From: Verrucomicrobia bacterium UBA3841
Lineage (GTDB): Bacteria > Verrucomicrobiota > Kiritimatiellia > RFP12 > UBA1067
DNA length: 64,000 nt
Direction: 5' to 3'
NCBI GenBank assembly: GCA_002392765.1
Contig: DGHT01000045.1
Coordinates: 1,315-65,314, forward strand
The notes under the pieces were generated by a model that saw nothing but the letters and a program-made list of their open reading frames with translations, ran no database searches and was not told where the DNA came from. The translations under genes were made by a program, and so were the position numbers. Below are positions 9,941-18,945 of the stretch, one piece after another. Every line of letters begins with the position of its first letter. Within the stretch, counting starts at the first letter, position 1.

Positions 9941-10659
9941 CCGACGCCCACTGCCATACCCGCGGGAAAGGCTCGCGGCATTTCATCTGCGATCCGTCCG
10001 ATTGCGTTTGCGCGGACGGCGACGTGCGTTTCTACGGACTCCACCCTTGGAATTTCACGGCCCCGAATGCCGCGCCTCCCCTTCCCGGAGACATTGAAGC
10101 GCTCGAAGCGAAACTGCTGGCCGACCCTCGGACTGGAGTCGGCGAAATCGGATTGGACAGACTTAAAACCCGCGACATCACGCCCGCGATGCGCTCGGCC
10201 TTTTCCATGCAGCTGGACCTCGCCGCGCGACTGCATAGACCTGTTGTCGTACACGGAGCGAAATGCTGGGGCGAAACCGTTGCGGAATGCAGAAAACGCG
10301 CGGACGGCATCCCTTCGTTTCTGTTCCACGGCTTTTCGCGGTCGTGGGGCCTTTTGAACGAAATCGAATCGATCGGAGGATTCATATCGGCCGGCCCCGC
10401 TGTTTTGAACCTCCATGCCGAAAACTACAGAAAGGCGCTCGCCTCCGTTCCCGAAAAAATGCTCCTTGCGGAAACCGACGCAACGGAGGAAAACTCCGGC
10501 GCCGTGCCGTCTGTTGAAGAAATCGCCGCAGAACTTGCGAAAATCAGGGGAACGCCTCCGGAGGAACTTGCAGCGGCCCTGGAATCGAACGCCGGCAGAT
10601 TCGCGGCTAGCCTTTTGCGAACAATCAGTCTCCCCTGCAGATTTCGACCTTGCCCTTGA
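9937..10659 (+). CDS. TatD-family metal-dependent hydrolase
   Basis: The internal start MTDAHCHTRG overlaps the upstream stop (ATGA). Motifs are DAHCH, GVGEIGLDR, RPVVVHG, FLFHGFS and LLAETDA. The upstream part of track ORF 9244..10659 is Arg-rich and overlaps the preceding gene, so I reject it. Confidence 0.7.
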   Translation: MTDAHCHTRGKGSRHFICDPSDCVCADGDVRFYGLHPWNFTAPNAAPPLPGDIEALEAKLLADPRTGVGEIGLDRLKTRDITPAMRSAFSMQLDLAARLHRPVVVHGAKCWGETVAECRKRADGIPSFLFHGFSRSWGLLNEIESIGGFISAGPAVLNLHAENYRKALASVPEKMLLAETDATEENSGAVPSVEEIAAELAKIRGTPPEELAAALESNAGRFAASLLRTISLPCRFRPCP

Positions 10660-10752
10660 TGCAGGCGCGGCGGATTTTCCCGACATCCGTGACGCCCTCG
10701 GCGCAACACGGTATTTTACGCGGGGTTGATTGAAACGATGCCGATTTTCGGC

Positions 10753-11370
10753 TCAGAGCAGATTGAGGTTCCTTATGTAGGGCAAGAGCGTATGCACGAC
10801 CAGATGTGCGTTCAGCCGGTGGCCGCCGTGGAATAGGCTCGACATCCCCGGATAATGCCGCTCGAAGACCGGACGCGCCTCCGACGCGAAAACCGTATCG
10901 TCTTCATCACCGAACAATCCGTGGCAAAGCGCACGGTCTTCGTCAGTCACGCCGTCGAACTGGTGCGCCTCCATCTCGCGGAAGTGCGCAATCGTCTCCT
11001 TTGTGACGTGGAACTCCGTTTCACCGTCCCTGCGACGGTTCATCCACTTGTGTTTGCCCACGAAGAGGACACTGTACTTGTCCGACAGGGTGAATGACGG
11101 ATTCACGCAGATTCGCGCAAATCCGTGGAGCTGCTGCGCGTACATGCCGCCCATTGAAGTGCCGATGACGAGATCCGGGCGCTCCCTGTCCGCCAACTCC
11201 TTGAGCATCGGCAGGGCGGCCAGCGGATCGAGCGGTATGTCGGGCGCCACCACGGCCGCGCGGCGGTTCGGCGCAGCCTTTTCCCAAAACTCGCGCCTCA
11301 GCAGCTCGACCGTGCCGCTCGCGCCCGACGACGCGAATCCGTGCAGATACATTATCTTTTTCATTTGCAT
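10753..11370 (-). CDS. YqiA-like esterase (alpha/beta hydrolase, UPF0227-like)
   Basis: Start taken at MQMKKIMYLHGFASSG. The nucleophile elbow is GTSMGG. The protein is about 205 aa. Confidence 0.6.
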   Translation of the reverse strand: MQMKKIMYLHGFASSGASGTVELLRREFWEKAAPNRRAAVVAPDIPLDPLAALPMLKELADRERPDLVIGTSMGGMYAQQLHGFARICVNPSFTLSDKYSVLFVGKHKWMNRRRDGETEFHVTKETIAHFREMEAHQFDGVTDEDRALCHGLFGDEDDTVFASEARPVFERHYPGMSSLFHGGHRLNAHLVVHTLLPYIRNLNLL

Positions 11371-11460
11371 TCCTCTATGCAGGTGCCGCAGTTTGCCATG
11401 ATGATGTACACCCTGAAAAAAAGTGTATGGGATGCATATTCTCCCTCCGGTCGCAGAACC

Positions 11461-11510
11461 GGTCGCCCGTGGCGAACTGAAGATGGTTGAACGGATTTCC
11501 CATGTCAAAT
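11461..11510 (-). pseudogene. 5' remnant of an AAA ATPase gene (paralog of 41473..42600)
   Basis: 11461-11510 (ggtcgcccgtggcgaactgaagatggttgaacggatttcccatg) aligns with 42561-42602, the start of the intact ATPase gene. Only the first codons survive here. Confidence 0.45.
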
Positions 11511-11742
11511 ATTATATCATCCCTGCTGTCGCGAAATCAAGTATCGGTTTGCGGAATTTTTCGTAGCGGAGAATTTCGTCTTTCGTGCTATGGGGCCCCA
11601 TTGTGTCGGTCTTCATTCTACTGTCAGATTCGCAAAACCGCATCGTATATGTATGGCAAAGGAACTGGAAACCAGAAACCGCAAACCGCCATCTTAATCT
11701 TCTACGTCCGCGCCCGCCGGGTCTGAAAATTGCCTTGACAGA

Positions 11743-13392
11743 ATGAAAAACGGCAAAAAATCAAAAACAAAGTTCGCAAGGATGAAATTCCTGGCGTCGG
11801 TCGTCTTGTCGTCGCCGGCGATCGTATTTCTCTATTCGCCTCTTATGGTCGCACTGTCCGTCGCGGGGATTGCAGTCCCGTTCGCCACCGGGCGATTCAT
11901 CGACTCCCTCGTCGGCGGGATGTCGCCTGCCGCGCCGTTCGCAATCCTCGCCGCGCTCATGGCCGTCCGGTCCGTGATGACACCATGCCTGCAGCGGTTC
12001 ATCCTCTCGCGCTCGAGAAACATCGAGCTGGACCTCCAGCGGCGCGTCCTCGACTCTGTCATGGATTTCCCGCCTTCCGAACTCGCATCGCTCGCCGACG
12101 GAACGCTCGTCGCCAAACTGACGCGCGACGCGTATGCGGTGGGCGGGTTCGCGAGCGGACTCTACCCGCGACTTCTCGGCGCGGTCGTCACAATGTGCGC
12201 GGCAGGCTTCGCACTCCATTCGCGCTCTCCGGCGCTCGGGCTTTCCTTCGTTGCGTTCATTCCGCTCTGCATTGTCATTTTCCTGCCGTTCGCGCGGCGC
12301 TTCGCCGCAAACTCCCGCAGTGTGCGCGCGAAAAGCGACCGGGCGTTCGCCGTGCTTTTCGACTCGTTCCGCTCGCTCCCCTTCCTGCGCACTCTTGACG
12401 CAGAACGACGCTTCGCCGACGCGCCCCGGCAGGCCCTTGACGGTTTCAAGGACGGCAACTGCGCGATGGACGGTCTGACGGTGGCTTTCGGGGCGCTTCT
12501 GGGCATGTTTCTGGTTGTCGGCGAAATTGCAGTCCTCGGCGTTGCGGGCGCGTTCGCCGCCAGGGGCGCGATCCCCGTCGGCGACGTAGTCGTATACCAA
12601 ATGCTGTTTCTCGCGGCCATGCAGTCCATTCAGGGGGTCGTCTCTCTCCTCCCAGAAACGGCGACACTTCGCGAAGGCGTCGATTCAATCGGCGAAATAC
12701 TCGCCCACGCACCGCCAAGGCGAGGAGGCACCCGTATCCACACCATAGAAAGCATCGAATTCCGAAACGTCTCGTTCGCCTACCCTGACACAGCGGCACG
12801 ACCCATTGTCAAGGACTTTTCAGCCACATTCCACGCCGACAAGGTCGTCGCACTCGTTGGAGCGAACGGGGCTGGCAAGACGACGCTTCTCAAATTGGCA
12901 ACTGCAGCACTCGAACCGCAGTCCGGCGAAATCCTCGTCAACGGTTCGCCCATGGCAACGCTCGACAGCGGGTCGTTCAGGCGCAGGATCGGGATCGTGT
13001 TCCAGGACAGTCTTCTCGTTTCGGGAACCGTGCGCGACAACATCACCCTGCGCGACCCCTCGTTCACCCGGGAGGACATAGACGAAGCCGCAGCGCTGAG
13101 CGGCCTTGAAGAAGTCGTGAAACGTCTCCCGCTCGGACTCGACACGCGCGTCGGTCTGTGGGGACAGTCCCTTTCGGGCGGCGAGATGCAGCGCCTAGCA
13201 ATCGCCCGCGCGGTTATACGCAGACCCGACATTCTCGTTCTGGACGAAGTGACGAACCACCTCGACGCGGAAGCGCGCGAGGCCTTCGGAAAACTGCTCC
13301 GCCGCCTCGCTCCCGGACGCATCGTCCTCGTCGTCAGCCACGACCCTGCACTCATCAATCTCTGCGACGAAAAGATTTATTGTCAGATTTGA
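11743..13392 (+). CDS. fused permease/ATPase ABC exporter (likely peptide exporter)
   Basis: 549 aa. The N-terminal half is a multi-TM domain. The NBD carries Walker A GANGAGKTT, signature LSGGEMQRLAIARA and Walker B ILVLDEVTNHLD. Confidence 0.85.
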   Translation: MKNGKKSKTKFARMKFLASVVLSSPAIVFLYSPLMVALSVAGIAVPFATGRFIDSLVGGMSPAAPFAILAALMAVRSVMTPCLQRFILSRSRNIELDLQRRVLDSVMDFPPSELASLADGTLVAKLTRDAYAVGGFASGLYPRLLGAVVTMCAAGFALHSRSPALGLSFVAFIPLCIVIFLPFARRFAANSRSVRAKSDRAFAVLFDSFRSLPFLRTLDAERRFADAPRQALDGFKDGNCAMDGLTVAFGALLGMFLVVGEIAVLGVAGAFAARGAIPVGDVVVYQMLFLAAMQSIQGVVSLLPETATLREGVDSIGEILAHAPPRRGGTRIHTIESIEFRNVSFAYPDTAARPIVKDFSATFHADKVVALVGANGAGKTTLLKLATAALEPQSGEILVNGSPMATLDSGSFRRRIGIVFQDSLLVSGTVRDNITLRDPSFTREDIDEAAALSGLEEVVKRLPLGLDTRVGLWGQSLSGGEMQRLAIARAVIRRPDILVLDEVTNHLDAEAREAFGKLLRRLAPGRIVLVVSHDPALINLCDEKIYCQI

Positions 13393-13473
13393 GAATAACC
13401 TTCGTATGTTAGTGTGCAACGGACGGGTGTCCGCTGCATTGGTTAACCAAAACAAGCAAAAAGGAAACAAATA

Positions 13474-13599
13474 ATGACACCTAACGACATCGCGACCGAT
13501 ATCAGCGGTCTCAATTCCACAGGTACTGGAAGCGTCGCCGCGTCAGTCAACTACACGTATACGTTCGAGCGGATGGACGATGCGAGGACCTGGGACTGA
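13474..13599 (+). CDS. candidate graspetide (omega-ester/amide RiPP) precursor peptide, 41 aa, not in ORF track
   Basis: My own translation is MTPNDIATDISGLNSTGTGSVAASVNYTYTFERMDDARTWD. The C-terminal part is rich in Thr/Ser donors and Asp/Glu acceptors. It lies between the ABC exporter and the ATP-grasp ligase and is followed by a hairpin. Confidence 0.45.
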   Translation: MTPNDIATDISGLNSTGTGSVAASVNYTYTFERMDDARTWD

Positions 13600-13623
13600 T
13601 TAGGCACGGCGTTTACCGCCTGA

Positions 13624-13658
13624 CATTGGGGCTGGCGTGCCAGCCCCAATGTTTTCGC
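13624..13658 (+). terminator. stem-loop plus T-tract (attenuator or terminator after the precursor peptide)
   Basis: CATTGGGGCTG-gcgtgc-CAGCCCCAATG is followed by TTTTCGCC. It sits between the 41-aa ORF and the ATP-grasp gene. Confidence 0.5.
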
Positions 13659-13684
13659 CAACGGCAAACGATGCAATTTGAACC

Positions 13685-14653
13685 ATGATTTTCATCTCCA
13701 CATGCAGCCAAGATTCCACTACGGACATCGTCGTGAAGGAACTCGACGCAAACGACGTCTTGCGCTTCAACATAGACAAGCCCGATGATTTCGCCTGGGA
13801 TTTCCACTCCCGCGGGTTCCGTGTCGCAGACAAAACCTCCGGGAAGGAGATTTCCGAAAAGACGCTCACCTCGTTCTATCTACGCAAACCAATGTACTTC
13901 GACCTCATCGACGTGCCCAAATACGGCTGCGTCGAAAACTGGCGGCGCGAGGAGACGGACGAGCTTTTCAACGACTTTTTCCGCGAGTGCCAGAGCCGTG
14001 GGCTGACCACGCTCGTCCGAAGTCAAAACAACAAGTACGGCAAGCTTCGGCAGTTGCTCGCCGCACAAAGACATTTCCGTGTCGCGCCCTGGCATTTCTT
14101 CCACGGCGAACTACCGGACGAATTGAAAAACGGCAGATGGGTCGTCAAGTCGATGACGCAAACGCCTATTGGACAAGGCAAGGTGTTCTTCGTAAAAGAA
14201 GTTGATCCACGTGCGCTCGACTTGAACTATCCTTGGTTCGTCCAGGAACGAATAGAAGGCGAAGAGGAGGTGACGGTCGTCTATATCGCCGGCAAGACTT
14301 ACGCGGCGAACGCGCCACGTACCTCCTTCGGTGGCGAAGACTCTCGCAAGTCCCTTATGGAAAAACCGACTGCCTGGCCGCGCTGCGAACTCTCTCCAGC
14401 GGAAGAACGCGCCATCAAAGGCTTCATGGACGAAACAGGCTACCGTTTCGGTCGCTTCGACTTCATCCGGAAGGACGGCGAGCTGTGGTTTCTGGAGCTC
14501 AACCCGAACGGACAGTGGGCGTGGCTCGACGAAAAGAACGAACACGGCCTCGTCTCGATGGTCGCTGACGCCGTCAAGCGCGAGGATGCCGCGCACCGTG
14601 CGCGGCAAAAGGCAGAAAGCAGGTCAGGCCTGGTTCCCTCAGTGGAATTGTGA
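13685..14653 (+). CDS. ATP-grasp ribosomal peptide maturase (MdnC/MvdD-like)
   Basis: 322 aa. FGRFDFIRKDGELWFLELNPNGQWAWL is typical of the RiPP ATP-grasp ligase family. The size and the position next to a small peptide and an ABC exporter also fit. Confidence 0.7.
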   Translation: MIFISTCSQDSTTDIVVKELDANDVLRFNIDKPDDFAWDFHSRGFRVADKTSGKEISEKTLTSFYLRKPMYFDLIDVPKYGCVENWRREETDELFNDFFRECQSRGLTTLVRSQNNKYGKLRQLLAAQRHFRVAPWHFFHGELPDELKNGRWVVKSMTQTPIGQGKVFFVKEVDPRALDLNYPWFVQERIEGEEEVTVVYIAGKTYAANAPRTSFGGEDSRKSLMEKPTAWPRCELSPAEERAIKGFMDETGYRFGRFDFIRKDGELWFLELNPNGQWAWLDEKNEHGLVSMVADAVKREDAAHRARQKAESRSGLVPSVEL

Positions 14654-14842
14654 AATTGCGGCTCTTCGGAGTTTTACAGAGGTCCTTAGCAACTCCTGCA
14701 TCGCTTCGTCAGCCATTTGAACTCCGTATATCCATTTACTATTTTTTGCAAAAATTTAATAATTCCATTTACTAAAACACGCATATGATATCATAACTGC
14801 ACCGATATGGTCGATGCTCTATCATTTTCGCGGGCGGTCAGA

Positions 14843-14920
14843 GTAGGGCTGGCGTTCCACCGCCAGCCGCCCCATCCGCCGACCCAAGGAGGCGGAGCGT
14901 CCCGCTCCGCCAGCCGCACC
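14843..14920 (+). repeat. REP-like modular repeat (H1 GGCTGGCGTTCCACCGCCAGCC plus H2 GGAGCGTCCCGCTCC)
   Basis: About 78 bp with two internal hairpins. The same unit occurs at 16881, 18403 and three times at 20202. Confidence 0.8.
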
Positions 14921-15086
14921 TAAGCCCACCTATCTGCCCGCACCTCCACGGCATCGAACCGCAATCCTTGTTCTCCGCCAGTTGTTCCATATACCGCTCT
15001 GCAATACTTTTTTATCCGCAATAAAACAATTATGCTTTTGCCAAGAAAATATGCTATACTATTAATCAACAATTGGAGAAAAGGCA

Positions 15087-16295
15087 ATGACAAAATCTGA
15101 AATTGAGGCAGCGATTGACGAACAGGCCGCTGAAGCCGGGCTCGCCTTGGGGATGAGGCGCGACGCGTTTCGCGATTTGCCGTGCGAAAAGAAGTTTGCG
15201 ACAATCCTGACAGGGGTTCGACGCTGCGGCAAGTCAACTCTTCTTGCGCAATGGGCGCACGATTCCGGCATGCGTGTCTTAAGCGTCCTTTTCGACGATC
15301 TTCGCCTGATGGATTTCTCCCCGTCGGATTTTAAGCTTCTGGGCAAGATAATAGCCGAACGGAAGCCCCAGGCCGTCGCCTTGGACGAAATCCAGGACAT
15401 AGACGGATGGGAGCTGTTCGTCAACGGCCTGCTGAATCTCGGCTATGCAGTATTTGTGACTGGATCAAATGCGAAAATGCTTTCGCGCGAACTTGGCACA
15501 AAGCTGACCGGGCGCCATCTGGACTTGCAACTTCTACCCTTCAGTTTTTCGGAGTTCTGCCGATTCAAGGGACTAGAGCGCAAAGGCGAATCAATTGACG
15601 AATATCTGCGCACCGGAGGATTCCCGGCGTATGTCGAAAGCGGAAACAGGCAGATCTTGGTAGAATTGTTCAACGACATCATCTATCGCGACATAGCCGT
15701 TCGCTACAACCTCCCCAATGCCGCCCCCGTCAAGCATTTGGCCGGATATCTCCTTGGGCACATCGGGACTCGCATTTCGCCCAGCCGATTGAAGGATGCC
15801 ATCCATGTGCAGTCCGCAAAGACCGTCCTCGAGTACTTCGACCATCTGACCGAATGCTGCATGATTCGCCGTCTGGAGCAGTATTCGGAATCGCCGAAAG
15901 CGAGAATGCTCGCGCCAAAGAAGGTGTATGCGTGCGATACCGCCCTGGCGTCGCTGTTCGACCGTGGCAAACAGCTAAATCTCGGACACAAACTGGAAAA
16001 CGTTCTCTTCTGGCACTTGAGCCGGATGGCAAAGGACATCACTTACCATCTCGACGACAAGGACCGCGAATGCGACTTTGTCGTCGAGGACGAGAACGGC
16101 TCGTTTTCGGTCGTGCAGGTCTGCTACGAGCTGACGGACGACAACAGGGAGAGAGAATTCGGCGGGCTTGCCTCCGCAGCAAAAAGGTTTGGCCTCAAAT
16201 CCGGAATCGTCGTCACTTGCAACCAATCCGACGAAGCGATCCACGACGGCTGCGAGATCTCCGTCATCCCAGCCGCCGACTACCTGTCAATGTAA
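15087..16295 (+). CDS. AAA+ ATPase with C-terminal DUF4143-like domain
   Basis: 402 aa with Walker A GVRRCGKSTLL and Walker B ALDEIQD. The architecture is typical of the uncharacterised AAA_14/DUF4143 family. Confidence 0.8.
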   Translation: MTKSEIEAAIDEQAAEAGLALGMRRDAFRDLPCEKKFATILTGVRRCGKSTLLAQWAHDSGMRVLSVLFDDLRLMDFSPSDFKLLGKIIAERKPQAVALDEIQDIDGWELFVNGLLNLGYAVFVTGSNAKMLSRELGTKLTGRHLDLQLLPFSFSEFCRFKGLERKGESIDEYLRTGGFPAYVESGNRQILVELFNDIIYRDIAVRYNLPNAAPVKHLAGYLLGHIGTRISPSRLKDAIHVQSAKTVLEYFDHLTECCMIRRLEQYSESPKARMLAPKKVYACDTALASLFDRGKQLNLGHKLENVLFWHLSRMAKDITYHLDDKDRECDFVVEDENGSFSVVQVCYELTDDNREREFGGLASAAKRFGLKSGIVVTCNQSDEAIHDGCEISVIPAADYLSM

Positions 16296-16448
16296 TACGC
16301 CGCCCCGTGCCGCACCGAGACCGTGCACCTCCTTGCGCCGTCCCCACACCCAAGGAGGTGGAGCGTCCCGCTCCGCCCGCCGCACAGGTGGTTGGATGAG
16401 TCCGAATCCGACAAGTCACGCTACATGTACACAGCGATTCAAGTGCAT

Positions 16449-16753
16449 TCACAACTCCAGCGGCTTGCCGACGTCATAAATCATAGTTGCCGGAAGCGAG
16501 TCTTTCTGCAGGAACATCACCATGTAGATTGGCGCATAGTATACTTTGCCGGCAGATTCCATCGCATCGTCGTCAAACACAATCGCCGACTCAATCCCGT
16601 ACTCATCGCATTCCAGAAGCTTGTCCAGTGCTCTGTGACGCTTGTAGTGCTTACCGCTCTTTACCTCGATCGGGCTCCATCAATGAGTAGTGCCGTTCTG
16701 CCTGCCTCTTGATAGAATCTTTCCAGTCTCTCCATTATTTTGCGATAAATCAT
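16449..16753 (-). pseudogene. internally deleted AAA/DUF4143 ATPase remnant
   Basis: The minus-strand reading starts MIYRKIMERLERFYQEAGRTALLIDGARSR and then hits a stop where the Walker A should follow. After a frame change it continues IEVKSGKHYKRHRALDKLLECDEYGIESAIVFDDD...GKPLEL, which is the family's C-terminal end. Confidence 0.5.
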
Positions 16754-16880
16754 ATACTTTCACCTTTCGCGGCAAATTATAGCATACCTACGTCAAAAAA
16801 TCAACCCGCAAATAAAGATTTTTGACAATTTTTGAACCACAAAAGAGTATCTACTTGACAAAAACTACCCCATCAGAAAT

Positions 16881-16957
16881 GGTAGGGCTGGCGTTCCACC
16901 GCCAGCCGCCCCACCCCCCGCCCCAAGGAGGTGGCGCGTCCCGCCCCACCCGCCACG
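16881..16957 (+). repeat. REP-like modular repeat, diverged copy
   Basis: GGTAGGGCTGGCGTTCCACCGCCAGCCGCCCCACCCCCCGCCCCAAGGAGGTGGCGCGTCCCGCCCC. A partial H2-only copy also lies at about 16345..16386. Confidence 0.75.
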
Positions 16958-17478
16958 CAGGAGATTGGATGCGCCCAACATCCGACAAGTCGCAGCATTT
17001 ATGGCGAGACGGGTTTACAATGGGGTCTGCCCCCCAACTGGGAAAGCACCCCTGCTAGGGCATCGCCAAGGCGACTCGCCTTCGGCTCGGGGGATATGCC
17101 ATCTTGGCGGCTGTATCAAGGAGATGGAGCATCTTGCTCCGTCCTAACTGGGAAAGCCGCCGTCCCGGCGGCTTAGGAATTTCGCAATTGCGGAATCGGT
17201 AGGGCGGCGTGTCCCCACACCGCTGGTAGGGCGCGATCACCGGTATCACCCGAACATAGCGAGCCGCGCAAGCGGTCGCTAGAGGGGTGCGCCCCGCCGT
17301 CGCCGCTGTCAAAAGAACAGAGGAAGGTATGCTCCGAAAAGTATCGTTGCATTCCCGACAATCGCACATTTCAGTCCATATGTCAATGCGACCCGTCGCA
17401 TGGCGCGGTTCAAACCCATCGCTTGGCACAACGGCACTGTGAAATCCACCCAAGCTCAAATCAAGGAAACGAGTGAAA

Positions 17479-17547
17479 CTTGACAAAATGACGGAGTGAA
17501 GCTTGGCAAAATGACGGAGTGGAATCTGGCAAAATGACGGAGTGCTG
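17479..17547 (+). repeat. three tandem 23-24-bp repeats (core GRCAAAATGACGGAGTG)
   Basis: cttgacaaaatgacggagtgaag / cttggcaaaatgacggagtggaat / ctggcaaaatgacggagtgctg, immediately upstream of the truncated ATPase ORF at 17556. Confidence 0.7.
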
Positions 17548-17555
17548 TTGCGTTT

Positions 17556-18167
17556 GTGCTGAAGTCGCTTGCACGCAATGTCTCGTCCATTGCCACCCAG
17601 CAGACAATCATTGACGACATGTGCGCCAACGACTGTACGGCGTCGGACAAAACGGTGGCAGACTACCTAAATGCACTCAGGAAGATATTTGTTGTTGAAG
17701 ACACGCCGGCGTGGACGCCCGCGCTACGGTCGAAGACGGCCATACGATCAGCTGCGAAGCGCCAGTTCTCGGATCCATCAATTCCAGCAGCCGTCCTGGG
17801 GGCGAATCCCGACGGCCTTATGCGAGATATCGTGACACTGGGATTCCTGTTCGAGTCGATGTGTTGCCGTGATCTCCGAGTTTACGCGCAGGCAATGGAC
17901 GGACAGGTTTCGCATTTCCGCGATCGGCATGGACTGGAAATTGACCTCGTGGTGTCATTGCCGGACGGAAGATGGGGCGGCGTGGAGGTGAAGCTCGGCA
18001 GTGGGCGGATAGACGAGGCTGCGCAGAATCTTCTCAAGGTCGCCGGACGAGTGGATGAGATGCGCACGGGCAAGCCTTCGTTTCTGATGGTTCTGACCGG
18101 GGCGAAATTCGCCTTCCGACGCCCTGATGGCGTCATTGTCTGTCCCTTGGGCTGCCTGAAACCTTGA
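17556..18167 (+). pseudogene. N-terminally truncated AAA/DUF4143 ATPase (C-terminal 203 aa only)
   Basis: The ORF lacks any Walker A region. It begins inside the DUF4143-like part and ends in the restriction-endonuclease-like tail (ENLGLEIDLVV..WGGVEVKLGSGRID pattern: GLEIDLVVSLPDGRWGGVEVKLGSGRIDEAA). Confidence 0.55.
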
Positions 18168-18190
18168 CCTTTCGCAGATCGACGGCGTCC

Positions 18191-18402
18191 TTTCGGTCGT
18201 GCAGGTCTGCTACGAGCTGACGGACGACAACAGGGAGAGAGAATTCGACGGGCTTGCCTCCGCGGCAAAAAGGTTTGGCCTCAAATCCGGAATCGTCGTC
18301 ACTTGCAACCAATCCGACGAAGCGATCCACGACGGCTGCGAGAACTCCGTCATCCCAGCCGCCGACTACCTGTCAATGTAATACGCCGCCCCGTGCCGCA
18401 CC
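18191..18402 (+). pseudogene. duplicated 3' end of the 15087..16295 ATPase gene
   Basis: 18191-18402 is near-identical to 16105-16320. It encodes ...VQVCYELTDDNREREFDGLASAAKRFGLKSGIVVTCNQSDEAIHDGCENSVIPAADYLSM together with the same downstream flank. Confidence 0.65.
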
Positions 18403-18481
18403 GGTAGGGCTGGCGTTCCACCGCCAGCCGCCCCACCCGCCGACTCAAGGAGGTGGAGCGTCCCGCCCCACCCGCCGCACC
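18403..18481 (+). repeat. REP-like modular repeat
   Basis: Full H1+H2 unit: GGTAGGGCTGGCGTTCCACCGCCAGCCGCCCCACCCGCCGACTCAAGGAGGTGGAGCGTCCCGCCCCACCCGCCGCACC. Confidence 0.8.
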
Positions 18482-18534
18482 ATGGGGAAAAAGGGATAGA
18501 CGTAGCCATGGCGCCTGCCGTACTCACTGCCGCG

Positions 18535-18654
18535 TCAGAACTCGCGAGTCGACGGGAACATCGCCCCATTTCGTTCTGCCGCAAGATACGGGCAGCCGCC
18601 CATTGGCATGCACAATATCAGGCAGCCAATTATGATCACGATTCTCTTTTTCAC
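18535..18654 (-). pseudogene. truncated paralog of the lipoprotein gene 20425..21090 (signal peptide only)
   Basis: A GTG-start reading gives MKKRIVIIIGCLILCMPMGGCPYLAAERNGAMFPSTREF then a stop. The DNA at 18600-18720 aligns with 21040-21140, including the upstream region. Confidence 0.45.
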
Positions 18655-18818
18655 AGCACAGCCTCCCTATCCAATTCACCAATGGCAAGAACGCGATGCT
18701 CGCGAGGTTTGCCGCTGTGCATAGATTTTCCAACTGCCGGTTATTAGATTAAAGCCAACAGCGGCACCATCAATCCGAACCTATGAAGCGATATCAGATC
18801 TGCCACGATATGTCGCCT

Positions 18819-18906
18819 CTTGCGATTTCCTTCGACGCCTACTTGCGATTTCCTCTGATTCCTACTTGCGATTTCCCCTGATTCCTACTTGCGATTTCCT
18901 CCTATG
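18819..18906 (+). repeat. four tandem 23-bp repeats (CTTGCGATTTCCNCTGATTCCTA)
   Basis: The units start at 18819, 18842, 18865 and 18888. The array ends about 40 nt before the ATPase start codon at 18946. Confidence 0.75.
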
Positions 18907-18945
18907 TTATGCTATAATATTATCAATAAAAATGGAGATAGTACG

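Noticed and set aside
17390-17445. A tRNA-like fragment, because of GGTTCAAACCC (T-loop-like).
   Set aside because: The flanking bases cannot form a T-stem or an acceptor stem, and no anticodon arm is recognisable.
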